Shown here in pieces: positions 11,075 through 21,005 of a stretch of 54,538 nucleotides of DNA. How positions within the stretch are numbered: position 1 is the stretch's first letter; every line of letters starts with the position of its first letter. Location: NCBI GenBank assembly GCA_011774835.1, contig JAACAK010000083.1:104263-158800 (forward strand), in the 5' to 3' direction. A program made the position numbers and the translations under genes. Below the pieces are notes generated by a model. That model was not told where the DNA came from, ran no database searches, and saw only the letters and a program-made list of their open reading frames with translations. This DNA is from Candidatus Kutchimonas denitrificans. GTDB taxonomy: Bacteria; Gemmatimonadota; Gemmatimonadetes; Palauibacterales; KS3-K002.

Positions 11075-12358
11075 ATGCGAGCGATACGTGGCGCGATCTG
11101 CGCGCCCGCAAACAGCCGAGAGGCGATTTACCGGGCGACCCAGCACCTGCTGGGCGCGATGGCGGAGCGGAACGGCCTGACGACCGACGAGATCGTGGCG
11201 GCGTTCTTCACCATGACGCCAGACCTGGATGCCGAGTTTCCCGCCTATGCCGCGCGAGACATGGGGTGGACGGATGTCGCCATGCTGGGCGCTCAGGAAA
11301 CCCTCGTGCCCGGCGGCCTCCCGCGCACGATTCGTGTGCTCCTGCTTGCCGTCGGTGCCGATCCGGCCCGACACGTCTATCTCGGTCAGGCGGCGCGCAT
11401 GCGCTCGGACCTGGTGGAGCCGGGCGATGCGGAGGCTTGGGATGGAGAAGCTCGGGTCGAGGCGACAGCGCGGAGCGAACGCATGGGCACGCTGCTCGTG
11501 GTCGGGCTGGGATTGATCGGCGGATCGCTGGCGGGTGCGGCCCGCCGGGCGGGCATCTTCGAGACCGTCCGCGGCCACGATCGTGATCGAGAAGCCCTGG
11601 CGATGGCTCGACGGCGTGGATTGATCGATGAGGGGAGCGACGATCTGCGCGACGCCGTCGCCGCGGCCGACATGCTGGTGCTGGCGACCCCGGTGGAAGC
11701 GATAGCGAAGACGCTCGAGGGCGTGGCCCGCGACCTGAAGCCCGCTGCGGTGGTCACCGACGTGGGCAGCACGAAGCGGGCGATCGTGGCGGCGATGGAC
11801 CGCCTGGGGCCCAGGGTCCGCGCCGTGGGCGGCCACCCGATGGCCGGAGACACGCGAACCGGCCCGGAAGCGGCACGACTCGATCTGTTTCAGGGGGCGC
11901 GCTGGGCGCTCATCCCGTTGCAAAGCGCCGACGTCGAGGCGAAGAAACGAGTGGAGCGCCTGGTGCGGGCGGTGGGCGCCGAGCCCCTGTGGACGACGGC
12001 AGAAAGCCACGACCGGGTGGTTGCCGGTACCAGCCATCTGCCGGCGGCCATGGCGGTGGCTCTGGTTCAGCAGGTCGCGGGGCTGAGCGAGCTCGGGCTC
12101 GAGCCCGCGGCCCTGGTCGGGCCTGGTTTCGTCGATGCCAGCCGCCTCGCCGCGGGCGACCCCGAGATGACGGCACAGATGCTGGCGACGAACGCGTCCG
12201 AGTTCCAGTCCTCGATCGACGGCTTGATCGAATCGCTACGGGAAATCGGGCAGCTGGCGACGACGGACCGCGGCGCGCTGGCGCGCCGGCTCGAAGAAGC
12301 CCGGACATCGCGCGCTTCGCTGGTTGGGAATTGGGGAAGTGGGAAATCGGGATTCTGA
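11075..12358 (+). CDS. AroH-type chorismate mutase fused to prephenate/arogenate dehydrogenase (TyrA)
   Basis: N-terminus MRAIRGA...TPDLDAEFPA...LPRTIRVL...HVYL (AroH); C-terminus GLGLIGGSLA, TDVGSTK, GGHPMAG, HDRVVAGTSHLP (TyrA). Confidence 0.9.
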   Translation: MRAIRGAICAPANSREAIYRATQHLLGAMAERNGLTTDEIVAAFFTMTPDLDAEFPAYAARDMGWTDVAMLGAQETLVPGGLPRTIRVLLLAVGADPARHVYLGQAARMRSDLVEPGDAEAWDGEARVEATARSERMGTLLVVGLGLIGGSLAGAARRAGIFETVRGHDRDREALAMARRRGLIDEGSDDLRDAVAAADMLVLATPVEAIAKTLEGVARDLKPAAVVTDVGSTKRAIVAAMDRLGPRVRAVGGHPMAGDTRTGPEAARLDLFQGARWALIPLQSADVEAKKRVERLVRAVGAEPLWTTAESHDRVVAGTSHLPAAMAVALVQQVAGLSELGLEPAALVGPGFVDASRLAAGDPEMTAQMLATNASEFQSSIDGLIESLREIGQLATTDRGALARRLEEARTSRASLVGNWGSGKSGF

Positions 12359-12589
12359 TCTTGGGAAGATCCAGTTCTCTCCGAATTGCTGAAGCGGAGT
12401 CGGTGATTCGGTGATTCGGGGATTCGGGGAGGTGGGAAGTGGTGTTGGCAACCCTGGTGGCCCAATACTTCGTCTGTCCCCGAATCGCCGAATCCCCGAA
12501 TCTTCTTCGACAATTCGGAGAGAACTCCGAACTTCCCGAAATCGGAGTCCCGACATCAGAATCCGAATTCAAGAACTCAAGATTCCCAC
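12322..12589. repeat. Long imperfect palindrome of GATTCGGG-type octamers; gene-less copy of the 37.5-kb element
   Basis: AGTTCTCTCCGAATTG (12373-12388) inverted at 12511-12526; arms closely match 37516-37610 and 38010-38102. Confidence 0.9.
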
Positions 12590-13411
12590 CTAGTGGGGGA
12601 GGCGCTCGACGGTTGTCGTCTCCGAGACGTCGGGCGGCGCGCTCGGCTTGACCCGCACCGATTTGGCGGGGATGCCCACGTTGACGTGGAAGGGCCTGAC
12701 GTCACGTGTGGCGACGGCGTTGGCCCCGACCATGGAATTGCGACCGACGGTCACCCCGGCCAGGACGGTGGCGTGATAGGTGATCCGGACGTCGTCCTCG
12801 AGCACCGTGCGGGCCAGCGTGACATTGCGCTGGTCGACGATCGAATGGGTGTGAGAATAGATGTTGGCGTAGTCGGAGATCGAGACGCGATCGCCCAATG
12901 AGATGCCGCCGCGATCATCGAGCAGAACATGGCGGTGGACGACCACGTCGTCGCCGACCTCCATGTTATAGCCGAACGAGAACTCGACGAAGTTGAAGCA
13001 CTTGAAGTTCCGGCCGCAGCGCCTGAAGATGTGCGGTGCCAGCATTCGCCGGAATCGGACCCCGAGATGCACGTTGTTGCCGAGGGGCGACTTGTCGAAC
13101 ATCTGCCAGAGCCACAGCAGCGGCTTGACCCGAGCGTACTCCTCCTGGTCGACCTCGATGTAATATTCGGGCTCCATCGTGATGTTGCGCGGATCGAGGT
13201 TCAGCATCCACATCCGCTGGGCTGCGGAGAGCTCGTCGAGGTCGAGCCCGTCCAGCCCGGGGAAGTAGATGTCGCGGAGAACGGAGAGGCAGAACTGCGA
13301 CCGATCCAGATCGGGCTTCGCCAGCTCCTCCTCCAACCCCTCGATCCAGGCGTCGTAGGCCTTTACGGCCTCCTCCGCCGGGTTCGCGTCTCGAAGCGGC
13401 ATAAACGGCAT
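12590..13411 (-). CDS. Hexapeptide-repeat (left-handed beta-helix) acyltransferase
   Basis: VGDDVVVHRHVLLDDRGGISLGDRVSISDYANIYSHTH...VLAGVTVGRNSMVGANAVATRDV...GIPAK; ATG at 13411. Confidence 0.88.
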   Translation of the reverse strand: MPFMPLRDANPAEEAVKAYDAWIEGLEEELAKPDLDRSQFCLSVLRDIYFPGLDGLDLDELSAAQRMWMLNLDPRNITMEPEYYIEVDQEEYARVKPLLWLWQMFDKSPLGNNVHLGVRFRRMLAPHIFRRCGRNFKCFNFVEFSFGYNMEVGDDVVVHRHVLLDDRGGISLGDRVSISDYANIYSHTHSIVDQRNVTLARTVLEDDVRITYHATVLAGVTVGRNSMVGANAVATRDVRPFHVNVGIPAKSVRVKPSAPPDVSETTTVERLPH

Positions 13412-13764
13412 GGCCCCAAGGTAGCAAACGGGAGTCATCCCCGGCAAGAAAATCCGGGGGCCGCCAGGCCGGGGGGACCGGGAGGGGCCGGGCGGGGCCG
13501 GGCGGGGCCCGGTAGGGGCCGCGTGATGCCGGGTTCGACAATCAGGGCGCCGCGGGGTAGTATTTCATCCCATGTCGGGAGGACTTTTCCCGGCGCCGGG
13601 AACAACCGCAGGGGGAACGGCGTGGCGGCGGGTCGGCGCGGGGACGGGTCGGCGCCATGCCCGGCGCGGCTCGCGCCGGGTCCGGTGGAGAGCAGGGGCG
13701 GGCCGGAGCCCGGACGGGTCGCGTGGACGACGGCGTTGGCCGGATCGCCTGAGGAGAATTGAAG

Positions 13765-14130
13765 ATGGATGACACGTTTCTGAGACGCCGAATCCAGCGC
13801 AAACTGGATGCGCTGCCTGACGAGAAGCTGTATCAGGTCCTCGATTACATCGAGTTCCTGGAGGAGCGTTACGGTGAGGAGCCGGAGCGGCCGGACACGA
13901 TGCAACGGTTCGCCGAGGGGATCCAGGACCGGCTGCGGGCGCGCCGCATGGCGCCCTGGGCGCTCAAGGGCGTCATGGGTGCGCTGAGCGTGGTCGATCG
14001 GGCGGTGGGCACGGCGGCCAAGACGGCTCGCGGCCTGGCGGAGGAGATCGAGAAAGTCGGTCGCAAGGAAAAGGGTCCGGACGACGGCGACGATTCCGGC
14101 GAGCGATCGACCAAGATCGTGGTGGACTGA
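13765..14130 (+). CDS. Hypothetical protein, DUF2281-like N-terminus
   Basis: GAGGAG RBS; KLDALPDEKLYQVLDYIEFL. Confidence 0.65.
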   Translation: MDDTFLRRRIQRKLDALPDEKLYQVLDYIEFLEERYGEEPERPDTMQRFAEGIQDRLRARRMAPWALKGVMGALSVVDRAVGTAAKTARGLAEEIEKVGRKEKGPDDGDDSGERSTKIVVD

Positions 14131-14134
14131 TCGG

Positions 14135-14503
14135 ATGTCGGCGACCTCCTGGATTCGCGAACTGATACGGGGGATTCCCCGCTTCCTGCTGCTGCTGCTT
14201 CGCCTGCTGGCCGACGGCCGCGTGTCGACGGCGGACAAAGCCGTGCTCGCTGCCGCCTTCGCCTACGCGCTGGCGCCCATCGATCTGATGCCCGACTTCA
14301 TACCCTTCCTCGGTCAGGTGGACGACCTGTTCTTCCTCGCTCTGGCCATCGACCGGTTGATCACCAACGCCGGTGCCGAGCTGGTCCGCGCTCACTGGGA
14401 CGGACCCGAGGAGCAGCTGGTCCTGCTGTGCGGGCGGCTGGACGATCTGGCGGAGCATCTGCCGGGCCCGGTCCGGGCGCGGCTGGAGCGAGCGGCGGAA
14501 TGA
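14135..14503 (+). CDS. YkvA/DUF1232 family membrane protein
   Basis: YALAPIDLMPDFIPFLGQVDD signature. Confidence 0.9.
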   Translation: MSATSWIRELIRGIPRFLLLLLRLLADGRVSTADKAVLAAAFAYALAPIDLMPDFIPFLGQVDDLFFLALAIDRLITNAGAELVRAHWDGPEEQLVLLCGRLDDLAEHLPGPVRARLERAAE

Positions 14504-14520
14504 GGCCGATTCGACATTGA

Positions 14521-16107
<1,587 letters not shown>

Positions 16108-16120
16108 GCGCGGTGCGGCG

Positions 16121-16149
16121 TTGACAGGGGGTGCGGGGCGGTCTAAATT
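16121..16149 (+). promoter_or_regulatory. Sigma70-type promoter
   Basis: TTGACA (16121-16126), 17 nt, TAAATT (16144-16149). Confidence 0.65.
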
Positions 16150-16228
16150 GCGGGCCTGACTGGCGTTACGGCGGTCAGCTCCCCCCGCCGCAAGCGGGTC
16201 GTTTCGCCGCGACCCCACCGGAGCGGCA

Positions 16229-16666
16229 ATGAGCAATCCCTGGCAACATCAATCTCCTCGCGAGCGCGTCAGGCTGGTGGACGCCCAGCTGGCCCACAGC
16301 GCGGACACCCGCACGCAGGCGGAGATCGCCCTCGAATGGCGGGCGGTGGAGTACCGCGGAGTGGCGACGGCGCACGGACACGGTGCGATCGACCTGAGGG
16401 TCTGCGCGCAGGCGACGCTCGATGCCCTGCACAAGCTGTTGGGCGGTCGGATGAGCTTTCGACTCATCGGCGTCAAGGCGGTGAAGGCGTTCGATGACTC
16501 GGTGGCGATCGTGGCGCTGGGCGTGGTCGATCCGGAGACCGGCGGTGACCGCCGGCTGATCGGAACGGCGCCAGCCAGTGACGGCAGCATCTCGCACGGT
16601 GTCGCCCGGGCGGTGCTGAACGCGACCAACCGGGTGCTGGGGAACTTCCTGGCCACGGGCGAATAG
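16229..16666 (+). CDS. Hypothetical protein
   Basis: GGAG RBS; 145 aa with C-terminal ARAVLNATNR; function unclear. Confidence 0.7.
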   Translation: MSNPWQHQSPRERVRLVDAQLAHSADTRTQAEIALEWRAVEYRGVATAHGHGAIDLRVCAQATLDALHKLLGGRMSFRLIGVKAVKAFDDSVAIVALGVVDPETGGDRRLIGTAPASDGSISHGVARAVLNATNRVLGNFLATGE

Positions 16667-16728
16667 AAGAGCGGGGCGTCGGGTCCCCGGCGCCGGCCTC
16701 TAACTCCCGAAAGAGCGTACGGATTGTG

Positions 16729-17859
16729 ATGAGCGAGATCTACCCGCCGTTCGAACCACCGCGCCGGATCCTGATGGGTCCGGGGCCGTCGAACGTGAGT
16801 TCCCGGGTGTATCGAGCGTTGGCCCGGCCGACGATCGGTCATCTCGACCCGGCCTTTCTCGAGATGATGAACCAGGTGTCGGACCAGCTGCGCCTGCTCT
16901 TCGGTACGGCGAATCGGCTGACTTTCGCGGTGTCGGGAACGGGATCCGCCGGCATGGAGACCGCGTTCGTCAACGCGCTGGAGGCGGGTGACACGGCGAT
17001 CGTCGGGGTGAACGGAGTGTTCGGCCAGCGGATGTGTTCGGTGGCCGAGCGCTGCGGGGCCAGGGTGGTGACCGTAGAAGCCCCATGGGGCGAGCCGCTC
17101 GACGTGGGCGAGCTGATCGATACCTGGCGTGCCCACGAGGACGCGCGCCTGCTGGCCGTCGTACACGCGGAGACATCGACCGGCGTGCGGCAGCCGCTGG
17201 AGGAGCTGGGCGCGGCTCTACGGGAAAGCGAGACGCTGTTTGTGGTGGATGCGGTGACCAGCTTGGGCGGCATCCCCGTCCGGGTGGACGATTGGGGGAT
17301 CGACATTTGTTACTCGGGGACGCAGAAGTGCCTGAGCGTGCCGCCGGGCCTGGCGCCGATTACATTTTCCGAGCGCGCGCTAGAACGGTCGCGGTCCCGG
17401 GGTGGGTCGGTTCAGAGCTGGTACCTGGATGTCGGAATGATCGCGTCCTATTGGGGCGCCGAGCGGTCCTATCATCACACGGCCCCGATCAACATGCTGT
17501 ACGCGCTGCACGAGGGGCTGAGGATCGTGCTGGAAGAGGGGCTCGAGACGCGCCACGAGCGGCATCGCTCGCTGGGCGAACGGCTCCAGTCGGGCCTGAC
17601 GGAGCGGGGACTCGAACTGCTGGTTGCCGAACCCTACCGGCTGCCTCAGCTGACTTCGGTCCGCCTGCCCGACGGGGTCGACGAGGGGGCAATGCGGCGC
17701 GAGCTCCTGGATCGTTACGGCATCGAGGTGGGTGGTGGCCTGGGCCCGCTGGCGGGTGAGATCTGGCGCGTGGGCCTGATGGGAGAGACGTGTCGTTGGG
17801 AGAACGTGCTGAGCTTCCACGCCGCACTCGACGAGCTTCTGGAGGATAACGGGACATGA
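16729..17859 (+). CDS. Alanine-glyoxylate/serine-pyruvate aminotransferase (class V PLP)
   Basis: LMGPGPS, SGTGSAGME, VHAETSTG, VDAVTS, SGTQKCL, YHHTAP. Confidence 0.93.
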   Translation: MSEIYPPFEPPRRILMGPGPSNVSSRVYRALARPTIGHLDPAFLEMMNQVSDQLRLLFGTANRLTFAVSGTGSAGMETAFVNALEAGDTAIVGVNGVFGQRMCSVAERCGARVVTVEAPWGEPLDVGELIDTWRAHEDARLLAVVHAETSTGVRQPLEELGAALRESETLFVVDAVTSLGGIPVRVDDWGIDICYSGTQKCLSVPPGLAPITFSERALERSRSRGGSVQSWYLDVGMIASYWGAERSYHHTAPINMLYALHEGLRIVLEEGLETRHERHRSLGERLQSGLTERGLELLVAEPYRLPQLTSVRLPDGVDEGAMRRELLDRYGIEVGGGLGPLAGEIWRVGLMGETCRWENVLSFHAALDELLEDNGT

Positions 17860-19319
17860 GGCGAAGCGTCTGGCCGTTTGCCGGATTCACGATCGCTTTG
17901 ACGCTGTCAGCGGCCTGCTCCAAGGCGGCCCGGGAGATGGAGCCGGAGCCGGCAGCCTCGGAGGCCGAGCTCGGCGAGGAGGTGAACTTCGAGGGATTCC
18001 CCGACTCGTTGGGTCTGCTGATCAACGAGGTCGAGCAGGAGGCGGTGGGGGCCGAGGCCGGCGAAGTGGAGGCGGAGGTTCGCGAGATGTTCGACGCCAG
18101 CGGGGCCGAGCTGGAGGAGCTGCCCCGGGCCGAGACGCCGAGCTGGGATATTCCGATCACGATCAACGACGCCGTCGAGCGCTGGCTCGAGTTCTTCCAG
18201 ACCGATGGCCGTGAGAACTTCACCATCTACCTGCAGCGCGCCGGCCGCTACGAGCCGATGATGCGGGCGATGTTCCGCGACGCCGGGCTGCCCGAAGATC
18301 TGGTCTACATGTCGCTGATCGAGAGCGGCTTCAGCCCGCGGGCCTACAGCCGGGCACGGGCGGTGGGACTCTGGCAGTTCATCTCCAGCACCGGCCGGCT
18401 GTATGGGCTGAGGGTCTCGTACTGGGTCGACGAGCGTCGCGACCCGATCCTCGCCACCCGGGCGGCGGTGGCCCACCTGAGGGATCTGTACGAAGAGTTC
18501 GGCTCCTGGTATCTGGCGGCTGCCGCCTACAACGGCGGTGTGAACCGGGTGCGCCGGTCGATACGCCGTTCGGGGAGCGACGACTTCTGGATGCTTTCGC
18601 AGCGACGCTACCTGCGACGCGAGACGCGCAACTACGTGCCCAAGCTGATCGCCGCCGCCCTGATTGCCAAACAGCCGGATCATTACGGGTTCCTGGACAT
18701 CGAACGGCATCCGCCTCTGGCCTACGAGTTGGTCCGGGTGCCCGGCGCGACGAGCATCGACGTGATCGCCAAAGCCGCTGGCGTGTCGGTGGAGGAGATC
18801 CGCGAGCTGAACCCGCAATTGCTCCGCGGGGTGACGCCGCCGGGAGGAAGCTACGACGTCCGCGTTCCACCCGGCTCGGGCCACCGCTTCGCCCTCGCCT
18901 ACGCCTCCGTGCCGCCCGGCGAGCGCGTCACCTGGGTGGTTCACGTGGTGCGGAGCGGAAATACGCTCGGCCAGCTGGCCCGGGACTACCGTGTCAGCGT
19001 GTCGGCGATCCGGGCCGCTAACGGCAACGTGAACCCGCGGCGCCTGCGGATCGGGCAGCGGCTGGTGATCCCGCGCGCCGGCCGGATCCCCACCTACACC
19101 CGGACCGCCCCGAGGACGCGTCGTTCCGCACCCGCCCGCGTCGAGCCGCAGGCCGGTAGCGGGCCTTACATCACCTACACCGTGCAAGGGGGCGACAGCC
19201 TGTGGGCGATCGCGAAGCGCTACGAGGTCACGCCTCGTGACCTCATGCGCTGGAACGGCCTGACCAGCAGCCGGATCTATCCGGGGGATCAGGTGCGGAT
19301 CTACGTCGGGAGCGAGTGA
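17856..19319 (+). CDS. MltD-like lytic transglycosylase lipoprotein with LysM domains
   Basis: Lipobox SAAC; IESGF, AVGLWQF, DERRDP, AAYNGG, RETRNYVPK; LysM repeats. Confidence 0.92.
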   Translation: MRRSVWPFAGFTIALTLSAACSKAAREMEPEPAASEAELGEEVNFEGFPDSLGLLINEVEQEAVGAEAGEVEAEVREMFDASGAELEELPRAETPSWDIPITINDAVERWLEFFQTDGRENFTIYLQRAGRYEPMMRAMFRDAGLPEDLVYMSLIESGFSPRAYSRARAVGLWQFISSTGRLYGLRVSYWVDERRDPILATRAAVAHLRDLYEEFGSWYLAAAAYNGGVNRVRRSIRRSGSDDFWMLSQRRYLRRETRNYVPKLIAAALIAKQPDHYGFLDIERHPPLAYELVRVPGATSIDVIAKAAGVSVEEIRELNPQLLRGVTPPGGSYDVRVPPGSGHRFALAYASVPPGERVTWVVHVVRSGNTLGQLARDYRVSVSAIRAANGNVNPRRLRIGQRLVIPRAGRIPTYTRTAPRTRRSAPARVEPQAGSGPYITYTVQGGDSLWAIAKRYEVTPRDLMRWNGLTSSRIYPGDQVRIYVGSE

Positions 19320-19330
19320 GCGGGGCGGCG

Positions 19331-19430
19331 GAACATCCAACGCCCAACCTCCAACGTCCAACATCGAACGTTGGGATCCCGATTCCCCTTGCCCAATAGT
19401 TGGAGGTTGAACGTTGGATGTTGGATGTTC
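19331..19430. repeat. Imperfect palindrome built from 7-nt CAACRTC-type units
   Basis: GAACATCCAACGCCCAACCTCCAACGTCCAAC...GTTGGAGGTTGAACGTTGGATGTTGGATGTTC. Confidence 0.85.
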
Positions 19431-19463
19431 AAAAGCCGGAGCGTGATGCCGCTCCGGCTTTTT
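19431..19463. terminator. Bidirectional intrinsic terminator
   Basis: AAAAGCCGGAGCG-loop-CGCTCCGGCTTTTT between convergent genes. Confidence 0.85.
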
Positions 19464-19491
19464 GTCATCCGGCTTTGACTGGCTACGGCGC

Positions 19492-20178
19492 CTACTCGCC
19501 CAGCACCCGCTTCGCGTACCCGTTGGCGGGATCGATTCCCGAGGCCATCAGGTTGCCGACCCGACCTGGCCCGCGGTTGTAGGCCAGCAACGCCAGACGC
19601 GTGTCTCCGTTGTATTCGTCCAACAGATAGTTCAGGTACCGGAAGCCGAGGTGCAGGTTGGTCTCGGCATCGAACAGATCCTTCGTCTCTACCGTCGGGT
19701 CCAGCCACTTGGCGGTGCTGGGCCGAACCTGCGTGTACCCGATCGCACCCGCCGAGCTCACCGCGGTGCGCTTGAACCCGCTCTCCACCCGGACCAGGTT
19801 GAACGCCAACCCCGGGTTGAGACCCTCGGCCAACGCGATATCGTAGATCATCATCGCCCGGTCGGCCGGGATCCGGTACTCACTGGAATAACCGTGAATC
19901 AGCTGCAGACGCTCCACCTCCAGCGTCTTCAGCTCCAGGTCGCTCTGCAGGTCGCGCGCTTCGGCTTGCAGCAACGCCAGCTCGCTACTCAGCTGCGCCG
20001 CGGCCGGGTTGGCCGCCTGCGGCAGCCCCGTCAACGACACCGCGCCCCCCAGGGCGATCGCCACCACCAGCAGCGCCCAGACCGGGAACGGAACCTCCGC
20101 GATCCAGAGGCCCTTCGGCCATTTGAGCGGCACCGCTCCGGTGGCCCACGTCGAGGATGTATTCGACAATTGTCTCAT
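19492..20178 (-). CDS. Lytic transglycosylase (SLT domain), membrane-anchored
   Basis: AGGAG RBS before ATG 20178; LVRVESGF, SSAGAIGYTQV, NLHLGFRYL, ALLAYNRGP. Confidence 0.9.
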   Translation of the reverse strand: MRQLSNTSSTWATGAVPLKWPKGLWIAEVPFPVWALLVVAIALGGAVSLTGLPQAANPAAAQLSSELALLQAEARDLQSDLELKTLEVERLQLIHGYSSEYRIPADRAMMIYDIALAEGLNPGLAFNLVRVESGFKRTAVSSAGAIGYTQVRPSTAKWLDPTVETKDLFDAETNLHLGFRYLNYLLDEYNGDTRLALLAYNRGPGRVGNLMASGIDPANGYAKRVLGE

Positions 20179-20494
20179 CGTTCTCCTATCTAGTCCTTTC
20201 ACGTCCTCCACCCCCCGTCCAGGCCTCGGGTGTGGCCGATCGGTGGATGTACCGACCTTGCCTACCCGTACGGCCACGCCGTTACCCGAGTTTCCCTTCG
20301 GAACTCTCGGCTGAGAGGCGCTGCCATCGTCCGGGTGGACGAGACGACCCGATCAACACACCGGGTGTGGCCCTCAGCCGGGCCATGGCGGGAACTGGAG
20401 GATCGTAATCGACCCTATAGTGTCTGGCCTTCACCTCCACCCTTGCACCGCACGACCCATGCCGTGGTCCCTGTTGTCAGCGAGTTGCCGATTT

Positions 20495-20989
20495 CTACGC
20501 CTCACGCCTTCGCCAGGTTCCACTGCGGCCGCCGCTCTTCTCGACCAGGCGGATCGGTCCAATCTCCATTCCCCGGTCGATCGCCTTGCACATGTCGTAG
20601 ACGGTGAGCAAGGCCGAGCTGACGGCAACCAGCGCTTCCATCTCGGCACCGGTCCGGCCAGTCAAGCTGGCCCGGGCCTCGACTTTCACACCGGGAATAT
20701 CATCGACCAGCGTCAAAGATACGTTAATCGCATCGATTTGCAGAGGGTGGCAGAGGGGGATCCAATCTGAGGTTCGCTTGGCCGCGGCGATTCCTGCGAT
20801 CTGTGCTACGGTCAACACGTCACCTTTCTGAACCTTGTTGGCACGGATCGCCTGGAGCGTGTCTGGCAACATACGGACCCATCCTTCGGCGACCGCCAAG
20901 CGGTGGGTCGCGTCCTTATCGCCGACGTCCACCATCCGGGCTCTGCCCTCCTCATCGATGTGAGTCAGCCGGTGCTTATCGTCTGCCAT
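20495..20989 (-). CDS. moaC: Cyclic pyranopterin monophosphate synthase
   Basis: LTHIDEEGRARMVDV, IPLCHP, TGAEMEAL, YDMCKA, EKSGGRSG. Confidence 0.97.
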   Translation of the reverse strand: MADDKHRLTHIDEEGRARMVDVGDKDATHRLAVAEGWVRMLPDTLQAIRANKVQKGDVLTVAQIAGIAAAKRTSDWIPLCHPLQIDAINVSLTLVDDIPGVKVEARASLTGRTGAEMEALVAVSSALLTVYDMCKAIDRGMEIGPIRLVEKSGGRSGTWRRREA

Positions 20990-21005
20990 GTCGGTTCCCG
21001 CCTCT

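Noticed and set aside
12236-12651. Short ORFs reading PESPN/RIPES/GDSGIRG across the 12.3-kb repeat
   Set aside because: These are translations of the octamer palindrome; the same pseudo-peptides recur at 37.4-38.2 kb
19331-19430. CRISPR array (also considered for 12.3, 37.5 and 47.5 kb)
   Set aside because: Units are 7-8 nt, contiguous and inverted, with no unique spacers and no cas genes
20200-20405. c-di-AMP (ydaO) riboswitch call
   Set aside because: The context fits but the conserved GCUGAA, GGGGGAAC and CAGCUAAC-like segments were not found; kept only as an unknown structured leader
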